Of a stretch of DNA of 64,000 nucleotides, positions 20,933-30,008 are shown one piece after another (position 1 is the first letter of the stretch; every line of letters begins with the position of its first letter). The translations under genes and the position numbers were made by a program. Source of the DNA: an uncultured Gaiellales bacterium. GTDB lineage: Bacteria; Actinomycetota; Thermoleophilia; BMS3ABIN01. Under the pieces are notes generated by a model. That model saw only the letters and a list, made by a program, of their open reading frames with translations, was not told the DNA's origin and did no database searches. The stretch covers positions 6,345 to 70,344 of the forward strand of contig CAZCCR010000004.1 of the NCBI GenBank assembly GCA_964497425.1, given 5' to 3'.

Positions 20933-21541
20933 TTACTGGATAGCCATCTCTTTGCCGGGATGAGGCTTGCGGGCCTCGACTATCTGATTCATGCCGCACT
21001 GGAAGTAACTGTGCCTGATGTCGTCGAACCCCGTTTCCTCGAGGATGCCGATCAGCTCATCCTTGGAAAAATAGTGCTTGTGGTCCCTGATCTGTTCCTC
21101 GCTCACCAGCTTCAGCCTGTAGGACAGGAACTCCAGCACGGGTCTGGATACCCGTGTGGGGGTAGTGAGGATAAGGTCCCCACCTTCGATAAGGGCATCG
21201 TAAATACCGGAAAGGATGGGCCGCGCATGGTAGACGTGCTCGATGACGGCCAGCATGAAGACCTGGTCCATCTTCCTGCCGTTGGGCAGAGGGAAGCTCA
21301 CCGCGGACTCGCTGTCGAAATCGAAGTTGACCAACTCGACCTTGGGCCTGGTGTAGACCCTTGAGCCGTTTCCCGGGTCGACCCTCTTGTCGATGCCGTA
21401 CCCCTTCTCCATCTCGTCTTCGATCAGACCAAGGAAAAGAGGCTCCTCTCCACATCCCACGTCCATCACCACGGCGCCCTTCCTCACGTTCTTCAGAACC
21501 TTGCCGTAGCGCCATTTCCTCATCCACCAATGGATATTCAC
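20933..21541 (-). CDS. class I SAM-dependent methyltransferase
   Basis: VMDVGCGEEP motif I, LILTTP. No specific family recognised. Confidence 0.7.
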   Translation of the reverse strand: MNIHWWMRKWRYGKVLKNVRKGAVVMDVGCGEEPLFLGLIEDEMEKGYGIDKRVDPGNGSRVYTRPKVELVNFDFDSESAVSFPLPNGRKMDQVFMLAVIEHVYHARPILSGIYDALIEGGDLILTTPTRVSRPVLEFLSYRLKLVSEEQIRDHKHYFSKDELIGILEETGFDDIRHSYFQCGMNQIVEARKPHPGKEMAIQ

Positions 21542-21706
21542 CGAACCGGCTCCTACCGTATCTGGTTGAACTTCAAATATTCAGCATAAACCATATTTAA
21601 CAATACCTGAACGGTATTATTTTACCACCTGCACCATCATTCAGGCTATAACAGGAAGCCCATCCCTGTTCCATGGGTTTATCCATGTATGGCGCCGTGC
21701 GGTTTC

Positions 21707-22864
21707 TCACCGCAGGATACTCGCGCACAGTTCGTTGGCGACGAAGCGCCCCTTCCGCGTCAACAGCACCCTGCCATCCAGGATGGACAGGTGCCCGCTT
21801 CGCTTTAGCCTTTCCAGCGCCGGCATATCCAGGTGTTCCTCTACCCTCTCAAGAGCCACGCCCTCGTCGGTCCTCAGGCCCAGGATCAGCAGTTCCACGG
21901 CTTTCTGGCGGCCGGACAGCACCTCCATGCCGATTCTTCCATCCACTCCCCCCGCCTGATGGATATAGCGCCGGATGTCCTCCTGGTTCCGCCATCGTTC
22001 CTTTCCGACCGTGCTCCAGGCGCCCGCTCCCAGGCCGATGTAGTCATGGCCGCGCCAGTAGGCAAGGTTATGTCGGCACCGCCGTCCCGGAAGGGCGTAG
22101 TTGCTCGTCTCGTACCAGCGGTACCCCGCTCCCTCCAGCGTATCCACTGCTGTCCGGTAGAACCGGTGACCCTGGCCCTGCAGCGCCTCCAATCCGGAGC
22201 GCCAGCGCTTCCAGTAGCGGCTCCCCTCACCGACGGTGAGCTCGTAACAGGAGATATGTGCGGGGGAAAGGTCCAGGGCCGCATCCAGGTCGGCGGCCAG
22301 GTCGCCGGGTTCCTGTCCGGGGATGCCGAAAATCAGGTCGATGCCCACATTGTCGATGCCCGCCGACCTCAGGTCGGACACAGCTTCACCGATAGCCTCG
22401 ATCCGGCCGCTTCGGCCCAGGTTCCGCCGCAGGCTCTCCTGGAAGCTCTGGGCCCCCAGGGATACCCTGTTGACGCCCGCAGCCGCCATCGCGCGCGCCT
22501 TGCCGGCGTCCACCGTCTCCGGGTTGGCTTCCATGGTGACCTCCGCGGCAGGTCCCGCCTCCTCAACCAGTGGACGCAGCAGCCTGTCCAGCAGACCCGC
22601 ATCAAGCAGCGTGGGCGTACCGCCGCCGAAGTAGAGCGTCTCCAGCCGGCCGATGCGGCCGCCATGGCTGTCGGCCTCGGCGATGACCGCATCCACGTAG
22701 TCCGGCGCGAGCCCCAGGCTGGCCGTGGTGGAGAAGAAGTCACAGTAATCGCACCGGGTGCGGCAGAAGGGCACATGCACATACAGATGGCTCACGCCGC
22801 CGGCCCGAGCGCCTCCGCTGTTTTCTTCCCGCACCTGAGTCATGTCATCCCACATCCCGTCCAT
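21707..22864 (-). CDS. hemW: radical SAM heme chaperone HemW (HemN-like)
   Basis: HVPFCRTRCDYCDF CxxxCxxC motif, HemN C-terminal domain. Lies upstream of hrcA as in Bacillus. Start codon uncertain. Confidence 0.85.
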   Translation of the reverse strand: MDGMWDDMTQVREENSGGARAGGVSHLYVHVPFCRTRCDYCDFFSTTASLGLAPDYVDAVIAEADSHGGRIGRLETLYFGGGTPTLLDAGLLDRLLRPLVEEAGPAAEVTMEANPETVDAGKARAMAAAGVNRVSLGAQSFQESLRRNLGRSGRIEAIGEAVSDLRSAGIDNVGIDLIFGIPGQEPGDLAADLDAALDLSPAHISCYELTVGEGSRYWKRWRSGLEALQGQGHRFYRTAVDTLEGAGYRWYETSNYALPGRRCRHNLAYWRGHDYIGLGAGAWSTVGKERWRNQEDIRRYIHQAGGVDGRIGMEVLSGRQKAVELLILGLRTDEGVALERVEEHLDMPALERLKRSGHLSILDGRVLLTRKGRFVANELCASILR

Positions 22865-22961
22865 GTCATGTCATTCCGCACCCGTCTGTCCCCGCCGCCG
22901 CCCTCCTGTGTTATTATGCCAATAACTTGACCTTTTTTATCAACAAACAGCTATCGGCGCC

Positions 22962-24053
22962 ATGACCTCCGGTCCCGGTCCTGAGACCATCCGCAAGCTG
23001 GTGGACCTGGGCAGCGTGACACCGGCAGAGACCGTCACGGCGGATTACGACGTTCACGGGGTCAGCACCCGTGTCGTCACCAACTCCCGCGCCATAGCGG
23101 CCGCCATCGAGCGTTTCCTCCAGCCATTCAAGGCGGAAGCGGCGGTGGCGGAGTCCTCCTCCGGCCCGGACATCAGCGTGCACCTCTTCGCTGTGGACGC
23201 ACTCTCCCCGGAGATGTCCCCTCGTGACGGCGACGCTGAAATGCTCTATAACTGGGGAACGCTCAAGGTATATCATGACGGGCCCCGCCGCTACGCAGAA
23301 GTGGATACACGCGCGAGGATGACGGCTGATGTGGATGCCTGCGCCGCCGCCGGGTTCACCCGCGAGGCGTTGCTGGAATCGGACTGGCTCATCACCAACC
23401 TCTTCTTTTATCCCCTCTGGGCGCAGATGCTCAAGGTGAAGGGGCTTTTCCCCCTCCATGCCGCCGGGCTCTGCCGCGGGGACCGCTCCGCTCTTTTCCT
23501 GGGCAGGAGCGGCAGCGGCAAATCCACCCTTTCCATCAGCCTGGTCAAGGGCGGTTACGGCATACTAAGCGACGACACCGTCTTCCTCAGGGAAAAAGGC
23601 GGCAGACTCGAAGCGCTCGCCTTTCCCGAAGAGATCAACGTCCGTGAGGAGACCATCAGGTTATTGCCGGATCTTTCCCGGGTAAGGAATTTCAACATGA
23701 ACGAGCTCAGACAGAAATCATCCTTCTCCATCGAGGAGCTTTATCCCGGCAGCATCGCCGAATCGTCGCAGCCGGTGGTAATGGCTTTCACGCAAGTTGC
23801 CGACAGTGAGACAACGACCGCCGAGCCCATGTCGGGCACGGAGGCCCTGTCCCAGTCCCTGCGCTACGGGTTCTTCTTCCTTGACCCATCGACGAACGAG
23901 CGACATTTTTATATCATGTCCATGTTGGCGCGGCAGGCGCGATGCTTCCGCCTCCGTACCGGCAGAGACCAGGACGGGCTGGTGCGAGTGGTAGATGGGC
24001 TGCTGGCCGAAGCCGGACAAGGCGATGTATCATCTGAAGAGGGGAAAGGATAA
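22962..24053 (+). CDS. HPr-kinase-related P-loop serine kinase (lasso-peptide-associated type)
   Basis: GRSGSGKSTLS P-loop inside an HprK C-terminal-like fold. First gene of an operon with PqqD and B2 proteins. Confidence 0.7.
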   Translation: MTSGPGPETIRKLVDLGSVTPAETVTADYDVHGVSTRVVTNSRAIAAAIERFLQPFKAEAAVAESSSGPDISVHLFAVDALSPEMSPRDGDAEMLYNWGTLKVYHDGPRRYAEVDTRARMTADVDACAAAGFTREALLESDWLITNLFFYPLWAQMLKVKGLFPLHAAGLCRGDRSALFLGRSGSGKSTLSISLVKGGYGILSDDTVFLREKGGRLEALAFPEEINVREETIRLLPDLSRVRNFNMNELRQKSSFSIEELYPGSIAESSQPVVMAFTQVADSETTTAEPMSGTEALSQSLRYGFFFLDPSTNERHFYIMSMLARQARCFRLRTGRDQDGLVRVVDGLLAEAGQGDVSSEEGKG

Positions 24054-24364
24054 TGGAAACAACGCATTACCTGATCAAGAACGACGAAGTCCTGTTCACC
24101 TCCATGGGTGAAGACGCTGTGCTGCTCCATGTCAACCGGGGCGACTATTACAGCCTCAACAAGGTGGGAGCGCGCCTCTGGATCCTCAGCGACGGCAGCA
24201 GGAGCATCTCCGACCTTGCCTCACTGATCACGGAGGAGTTCGAGATAACCAAGGAGGAGGCGGAAAAAGATATCCTGGAGCTGGCGGAGCAGCTCGTGAG
24301 CGAGGGGCTGGTGAAAGTTGCCGAAACTCCTGAGGACGATAAATCGGCTGAAGGATCCGCGTGA
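24053..24364 (+). CDS. PqqD-family protein (RiPP recognition element / lasso B1-like)
   Basis: 103 aa. DAVLLHVNRGDYYSLNKVGARLWILSDGSRSISDLASLITEEF is a typical PqqD/RRE fold. The ATG overlaps the upstream stop (TAATG). Confidence 0.8.
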   Translation: METTHYLIKNDEVLFTSMGEDAVLLHVNRGDYYSLNKVGARLWILSDGSRSISDLASLITEEFEITKEEAEKDILELAEQLVSEGLVKVAETPEDDKSAEGSA

Positions 24365-24866
24365 CCTCTGGCTCTTCCTGCGCATCCTGGCGATGCTCAT
24401 CCGCCTCCCCAGCCTCATTGAAAAGGAAAGTCTCCCCGACCTGCTGAACCGGCTCGACCCGGGGGTGTCGCCGGGACCCCGCGACCGGGAGATGCTGGAC
24501 AAGACCGCCGGTTTCGTGGACTCCCTCCTCAAGTACCGCTTTTTCCAGCGCTATGGCAGATGCCTGATGCGCTCCCTCACCCTATTCCACTTCCTGCGGC
24601 GGCAGGGCTGGCCGGTAGGCATCCGTTTCGGGGTGAGGAAGACCGGCGGCGAGACTGAGGATGCGGGCGGGGAGGGCAGCGGCGGCGCTGAAGCGTCCAG
24701 CCGGGAGAGAGGCGTCAGCGCAGACGTCCATCGTCCGAAAGCGGATACAGTGCCGGCCGCCGGCGCCGTCTCCATCACCGGCCACAGCTGGCTGGTGCTG
24801 GAGGGAGAACCGTTCCTGGAGAGGGAACCGATCGAAAGCTACGCCGTCACATTCTCCTACCCGTGA
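24318..24866 (+). CDS. lasso-peptide B2-type transglutaminase-like cysteine protease
   Basis: Catalytic Cys in YGRCLMRSLTLFHFLRRQGWPVGIRFGV and His in ITGHSWLVLEGEPFLE, the classic B2 arrangement. TTG start overlaps the end of the PqqD gene. Confidence 0.7.
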   Translation: MPKLLRTINRLKDPRDLWLFLRILAMLIRLPSLIEKESLPDLLNRLDPGVSPGPRDREMLDKTAGFVDSLLKYRFFQRYGRCLMRSLTLFHFLRRQGWPVGIRFGVRKTGGETEDAGGEGSGGAEASSRERGVSADVHRPKADTVPAAGAVSITGHSWLVLEGEPFLEREPIESYAVTFSYP

Positions 24867-24879
24867 GGCCATCCGGCAT

Positions 24880-26772
24880 TTGAGCATCTTGAACGATAAC
24901 CGATACCCAGGATTTCTTGCAGTTGCCTTCACCGGAGGCGCAACAGGGCTGATGTCCGGCTACGTCTTCCTGCAGTCTGACATATCAGGCAACGCCCTGA
25001 TGATGGTCGTCTTCTGTGTGACCGGTGCATTATTGCTGGGTCTGGCATGGGCCGCCGTCTCGAAGGGTGTCTCCATCGCAACGGACACAGACCCGGCTTC
25101 AGTGCGCCACCGCGCCCTCTGGCCTTTCCTTACCTTCATCATCCTGCCGTTGCTCTATCTCCCGTATTTCTATTACCGTAATCACGGAAAGCAGTACATC
25201 CCCGGGATATCGCCTCTCGACCCGTCCTGGCAGATGTTGTTCGTCCTCCTGCTCTCCGCCGGCCTGGTGTTCGCGTTCCTGGCATACAGGTTCCCTTTCC
25301 TCAGGCGCGGCCCCATCGATGCGGCAACCAGGAGACCGGCCATCTCGTTGGCGATAATGATTACCATCTGGTCGATAGCCGTCGTCATCCTGAACCTGCT
25401 GCAGGTCAATTACCTCAACCAGCCCGGCAACAACTCAGCCATCTTCTCCGATATGCTGGATAACGCCTTCTCCGACAGGGGCCTGCTATTCAGTGAACTG
25501 GCGCAGGCGGAAGGCTCCAGTATATTGGGCGTTCACGCGCAACTGATCTGGTTTATCGTCTATCCCTTTTACCTCATCTGGCCCAGCTATCAGTGGCTGC
25601 TGATATTGTCCGATGTCGCTCTCGCGCTTGCGGCAGTGCCACTGTACCTTTTGTCGCGCCGTTTCTTCAATCCCGGCGTCAGTCTGCTCATTGCGGCTGT
25701 TTTCCTTTTCAACCGGATCATCCTGGCGCAGCCCGCGGTCGGCGACCTGTCCGAAGAACGCTTCCTGCCCATGTTGCTGCTGTCGGCCTTCTACTTCTGG
25801 CAGACGAAGAAATACAAGCGCTATCTGCTGTTCACCTTCTTGATGCTGCTGGTGCGGGAAGACACCGGGCTCGTGCTTGTCATGTTCGGCCTTGTCTCCG
25901 CCCTCAACCGCCGGAGCCTGAAGTGGACCATGGTCCCGATCATCGCAGGCCTGAGCTGGGTGGGGACGATGATGCTCTGGCTGATACCTCACATGAACCC
26001 CACCGGCAGCGCCACCAAACCGGTTGTCCTGTACAGCTCTCTCGGCGAGAACAGCCGTGAGATCCTGAAGACCATCATCTTCAAGCCGTGGGTCGTCATC
26101 AGGACAGCTTTCTCCTCCGTCAGCCGGTTCGGCGTGATGTACGGTCTATGGCAATCCTTCGCTTTCGGGGCCCCCCTGATTTCGGCATCGGTGCTGATAG
26201 CCCTGCCGGCGACAGCCGAGAGCTTCCTGGCCTCCACCCCGATCGGCCTGAACCACTTCAACATGCTGGCGCCTGCCGCCGCCCTCTTCCCTTCGCTGGT
26301 CCTGGGGATGGACCGGGCCGAGAGGATAGCGAGGAACAGATGGAACATCCCGATCTCGACAGGACTGGCGGTCATCACCCTGTTTGCGACACTGGCACTG
26401 TCATATACTTGGTTCAGCCCTGGATACTACAAGCCCAGTCAGAATTACGAAGCCGCCGTGAGCATGATTGAAATGATCCCATCCGACGCTTCCGTGATGA
26501 TGCCGAAATACATGATGGTCAAGGCTCAGGGCTCACAAAGGGTGAAAGGCTATTACCAGGCCGAATATGAATACGCGCAAAAGGGAGATATCAACCTGGT
26601 ACAGGATTACATAATCATCGACAGCTCGGAAGTACCGGAATCCTGGAAAAGCGATGTCCAGGAGTTCCGCGGCAGGGAAAGGGTCATCGACTCATTGGAC
26701 TCCTCCCCTGACTATATACTGGTCTTTTCAGAAGACAACCTGAAGATGTTTCAACGAACGGAAACCCGATAA
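24880..26772 (+). CDS. large polytopic membrane protein, GT-C-like (DUF2079-like), with a C-terminal extracytoplasmic domain
   Basis: ~12 predicted TM helices then a ~130 aa soluble tail. Start uncertain (TTG 24880 or ATG 24952). The ORF-track N-terminus overlapping the B2 gene is discarded. Confidence 0.55.
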   Translation: MSILNDNRYPGFLAVAFTGGATGLMSGYVFLQSDISGNALMMVVFCVTGALLLGLAWAAVSKGVSIATDTDPASVRHRALWPFLTFIILPLLYLPYFYYRNHGKQYIPGISPLDPSWQMLFVLLLSAGLVFAFLAYRFPFLRRGPIDAATRRPAISLAIMITIWSIAVVILNLLQVNYLNQPGNNSAIFSDMLDNAFSDRGLLFSELAQAEGSSILGVHAQLIWFIVYPFYLIWPSYQWLLILSDVALALAAVPLYLLSRRFFNPGVSLLIAAVFLFNRIILAQPAVGDLSEERFLPMLLLSAFYFWQTKKYKRYLLFTFLMLLVREDTGLVLVMFGLVSALNRRSLKWTMVPIIAGLSWVGTMMLWLIPHMNPTGSATKPVVLYSSLGENSREILKTIIFKPWVVIRTAFSSVSRFGVMYGLWQSFAFGAPLISASVLIALPATAESFLASTPIGLNHFNMLAPAAALFPSLVLGMDRAERIARNRWNIPISTGLAVITLFATLALSYTWFSPGYYKPSQNYEAAVSMIEMIPSDASVMMPKYMMVKAQGSQRVKGYYQAEYEYAQKGDINLVQDYIIIDSSEVPESWKSDVQEFRGRERVIDSLDSSPDYILVFSEDNLKMFQRTETR

Positions 26773-26775
26773 CCG

Positions 26776-27987
26776 ATGGATCATCACATACATGAGAAGG
26801 AGCTGCTGCTTGCGAGCGCTTCCTACCCGCTGAGAACGTCTGATACGCCTGATATCTCAGAACTGGTCAGACAGCCGCTTGACTGGGAATACATCACCCT
26901 TTCTTCCGGACGCCATGGTCTGGCTTCCCTGCTGTTCAGGATGCTGTCAGAGCATGAGTCCGCCGACCTCGTGCCTGCCGAAGTGATGGAAAGACTGAAG
27001 AAAGGCTATCTCGCCACCCTGATGAGAAACCGTCTTTTTTATCATGTGATCGAACCTCTGCTCTCTTCATTCGCGGAGAACTCTGTGCCGGTTATCCTCC
27101 TGAAGGGGGCCGCGCTATGCATGACCATCTACGACGACATCGCCCTGAGACCGCTTGGCGATATGGACATCATGGTCCATCGTGAACATGTCACCCTCTG
27201 CCGTGAGCTGATGGAGGATGCCGGCTTCCATCTTATAGAGAACAACTATTTCCCCATCCCGGATGATAGAAATGACGAGCTCGGTTGCGAGTGGTCATAT
27301 CATATCCAGAACAATGTGGTGGAGCTGCATTGGGACCTGGTAACCAGGCTGGCTCCGTTCCAGGTGGAGATATCACGTTTTTGGGCGGATGCGGTCGATG
27401 TCGAACCGAAAGGCGGACCAGCACTGATAATGGAGCCCGGGAACCAGCTTCTGCATCTGTGCCTGCACCAGTTCAAACATCACTGGATGCATTTCAGGGA
27501 CCTGGTGGACGTGGCGCTGTTGCTCGAGAAATACGGAGACATCATCGACTGGGACAGGTTCACACGTGACGCGCAGGAGCAGGGTCTGGGCCGATGCGCC
27601 TACTACACCATCAAACTGACGAACCAAACCTTGGGCACACCGGTCGGATATATACCCCTTGCAGGGATACTGGGCCGCCCAAAGCCCAATATCCTGGCAG
27701 ACAGCATGAAAGACCTCATCGCCAGCAACATACTGGAAAGTCATATGCCCAGACGCTTCTGGGAACTGTTGCTGGTCGATGGCGCCGCCAACAAGACCAC
27801 CGTGATAAGAAACACCCTTGCCCATCCGTTCCCACGCAAGTTGACCCGGGGGCAGTTACCGCAGGATTCCAGACAGGGCGTCATCCACAGAACCCGGGCA
27901 GCCATAAGATCGGTGTTCTTCTACCGCAGGTTGTTCATCGAGTTCCCGCGCCATATATGGCGAATCATCAGGAAGCGGGCGAGCTGA
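26776..27987 (+). CDS. nucleotidyltransferase family protein of the type found in lasso-peptide/HprK clusters
   Basis: Polymerase-beta-like NTase core (PLGDMDIMV, ELHWDL). Last gene of the plus-strand operon. Confidence 0.65.
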   Translation: MDHHIHEKELLLASASYPLRTSDTPDISELVRQPLDWEYITLSSGRHGLASLLFRMLSEHESADLVPAEVMERLKKGYLATLMRNRLFYHVIEPLLSSFAENSVPVILLKGAALCMTIYDDIALRPLGDMDIMVHREHVTLCRELMEDAGFHLIENNYFPIPDDRNDELGCEWSYHIQNNVVELHWDLVTRLAPFQVEISRFWADAVDVEPKGGPALIMEPGNQLLHLCLHQFKHHWMHFRDLVDVALLLEKYGDIIDWDRFTRDAQEQGLGRCAYYTIKLTNQTLGTPVGYIPLAGILGRPKPNILADSMKDLIASNILESHMPRRFWELLLVDGAANKTTVIRNTLAHPFPRKLTRGQLPQDSRQGVIHRTRAAIRSVFFYRRLFIEFPRHIWRIIRKRAS

Positions 27988-27999
27988 GGTTGCGCCGGT

Positions 28000-29751
28000 T
28001 CAGGCGGACGGGACTTTGGGGAAGTAATACTGTTGACCATCCGCGTCGTCAGCCCGCTGGTGAATGACCGTCGAGAACGATGTCAGATCCGGCGGGACAT
28101 GATACATGACATCGAAGTCCACGTGCCCACCTGAGGCGACAGGACCCAGGTCTGTGACAGTCGGTGTCGCCTCAACCCCGGAGCTTGCGGATACAGACAG
28201 GATGCTGGTGCTGACGGCATCGCCGATACCCACGTTCGTCGTCCTGAAACGGACTTTGAGGTCGCCGTTCAGATAGTCCGCGTAGCTTGGCCATTCCGAG
28301 TTCACCAGACTGACGATCAGATAAACACCGTCCATGCTTGTCGTGGTGAACGATCCGCTGCTGGCCGCCTCGCCCGAACCATCGGAGGATATCACCTCGT
28401 ACTGGTAAGTCGTAGCCGGCATGAGATTGGTCAGCATGATCCGGTGCTCCGGTGACCATGCCGTCTCCACGGCCTCGGCGGGCTGGGACCCATCGGCCCA
28501 GTACCGGACTCTGGCATCCGTCGCAAGATTGGTCGACCATTCCAGGGCGGCGGTCGTCGGTTCGATATCGGTGACGGCGACGTTCCCGGAAACCTGGGGC
28601 ACCGGGGCTGTGGTCTGGGGGACAAGCTCGATCCAGAACGTATCACTCCAACGGGTACCCTGTGTGACGAGCTTGTGCCTCTCGGACGGCGGCGGGGACC
28701 CTCCCCACCAGGCTGTGTAACGAACCGTATGCCCGTTTGCCTGTTGTGAATAGCTCGAGAACTCGACGTTCTCTGCGGATGTGTCGCCGAACATGCTTTG
28801 GCCGAGCGCGAACAACCCCCCGCCTTCGAAACCGTTGCCGTTGTTATCCATCTTGATCCTTACGGAAGAACCGTTCCCCGGTTTTGTCAGGTTGAAATGC
28901 TCCGAATGCCTGATCTGATAATCATGGTCATGGCCGGTGTCGAGGCCCGTGATCAGCATCGTCTCGTTATTCGGATTCTCTATCCCATTGGAACCCGCGC
29001 CTCCACATCGCCATTCCCCGCCATGCCTCACTGCTTCGGCCTCCTGCCAGCCATACTGCCGGCTGAAGGAGAAGTCGTAGGCAGGTTCCGCCGCGAAGAA
29101 GGAGCGCAGGAACTCCATGCTTATCTCCAGATGGATCTGCCCGCCTGGATAGACGGTCCATCTCTTGTCGACGCGGTAGTCGTCCGGGTTGGCGTCCTGA
29201 AGGTCGAAGTCGTTGTCTTTGACTATGAAGCTTGCTTCAAAAACGGCATTGCCGTCGCTGTCGATGTAATGGTTCCTCGACAGAAGCCGGGCCCATCTCC
29301 CTACATCGGATGTTGCCGGCGCATTGGGGTCCAGAGACCATACATGCGTTGCCCCCAGGCCCCCGATACCCGGCATGTTGGGACTGGTGCTCCCGCCACC
29401 GCCATCGACCACCGCGACGATATTCCTCTCAAGTCCCGGGTCCGTTCTCTTGTCGTAGAGCTCGTAGATGCTGCCTCCGCCCCGGTTGGAGTATTCGCTG
29501 GCGAGCGTCCTGTAATGCCAGACCACTCTGACGACGTCGTTGTCCAAAGTCAGTTTACCCTGGACCGGGTCGTCGGTGAATGTGAATGTGGACACGGTTG
29601 CCGATGTGGACAGGTCGATCGCCTGACCGGCGTACATGTCATCCGTGCCCGGTACAAGAAACATCATTGACACCAGTATGCCAATGACAAAAGTCGCTGC
29701 TATGAGGATTTTCAACACCGTACTCGCTCCTCGGCAGCCGGGCCGTCTCAT
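28000..29751 (-). CDS. signal-anchored secreted protein with a C-terminal fibronectin-III-like domain (possible glycan-processing enzyme)
   Basis: ATG at 29749-29751 (MRRPGCRGASTVLKILIAATFVIGILVSMMFLV signal anchor). FN3 signature near the C-terminus. No confident catalytic family. Confidence 0.55.
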   Translation of the reverse strand: MRRPGCRGASTVLKILIAATFVIGILVSMMFLVPGTDDMYAGQAIDLSTSATVSTFTFTDDPVQGKLTLDNDVVRVVWHYRTLASEYSNRGGGSIYELYDKRTDPGLERNIVAVVDGGGGSTSPNMPGIGGLGATHVWSLDPNAPATSDVGRWARLLSRNHYIDSDGNAVFEASFIVKDNDFDLQDANPDDYRVDKRWTVYPGGQIHLEISMEFLRSFFAAEPAYDFSFSRQYGWQEAEAVRHGGEWRCGGAGSNGIENPNNETMLITGLDTGHDHDYQIRHSEHFNLTKPGNGSSVRIKMDNNGNGFEGGGLFALGQSMFGDTSAENVEFSSYSQQANGHTVRYTAWWGGSPPPSERHKLVTQGTRWSDTFWIELVPQTTAPVPQVSGNVAVTDIEPTTAALEWSTNLATDARVRYWADGSQPAEAVETAWSPEHRIMLTNLMPATTYQYEVISSDGSGEAASSGSFTTTSMDGVYLIVSLVNSEWPSYADYLNGDLKVRFRTTNVGIGDAVSTSILSVSASSGVEATPTVTDLGPVASGGHVDFDVMYHVPPDLTSFSTVIHQRADDADGQQYYFPKVPSA

Positions 29752-30008
29752 TGAGACCCCTGGCTTTGCGTCCCCGCCTTGCGGCGGGTTTGCCTTTTCG
29801 GAAGCTAGTGCGAGTGGTAAACCAGTGTTGCTCCCTCCCCCATCAAGCACACATCCCTCTCGTGTGCACCGCCTCGGTTTAGCCTTCAATTAATTTTTCG
29901 GCAGTAGTACTCCCATGTTTAGCCTGTCCGTTTGCGAAGGGGCGACCAATGGGATTGCGGCTTCCTGCCGCCCAGCGTCCCTGTCGTTGATGGTCCAATT
30001 GCAGCCTC

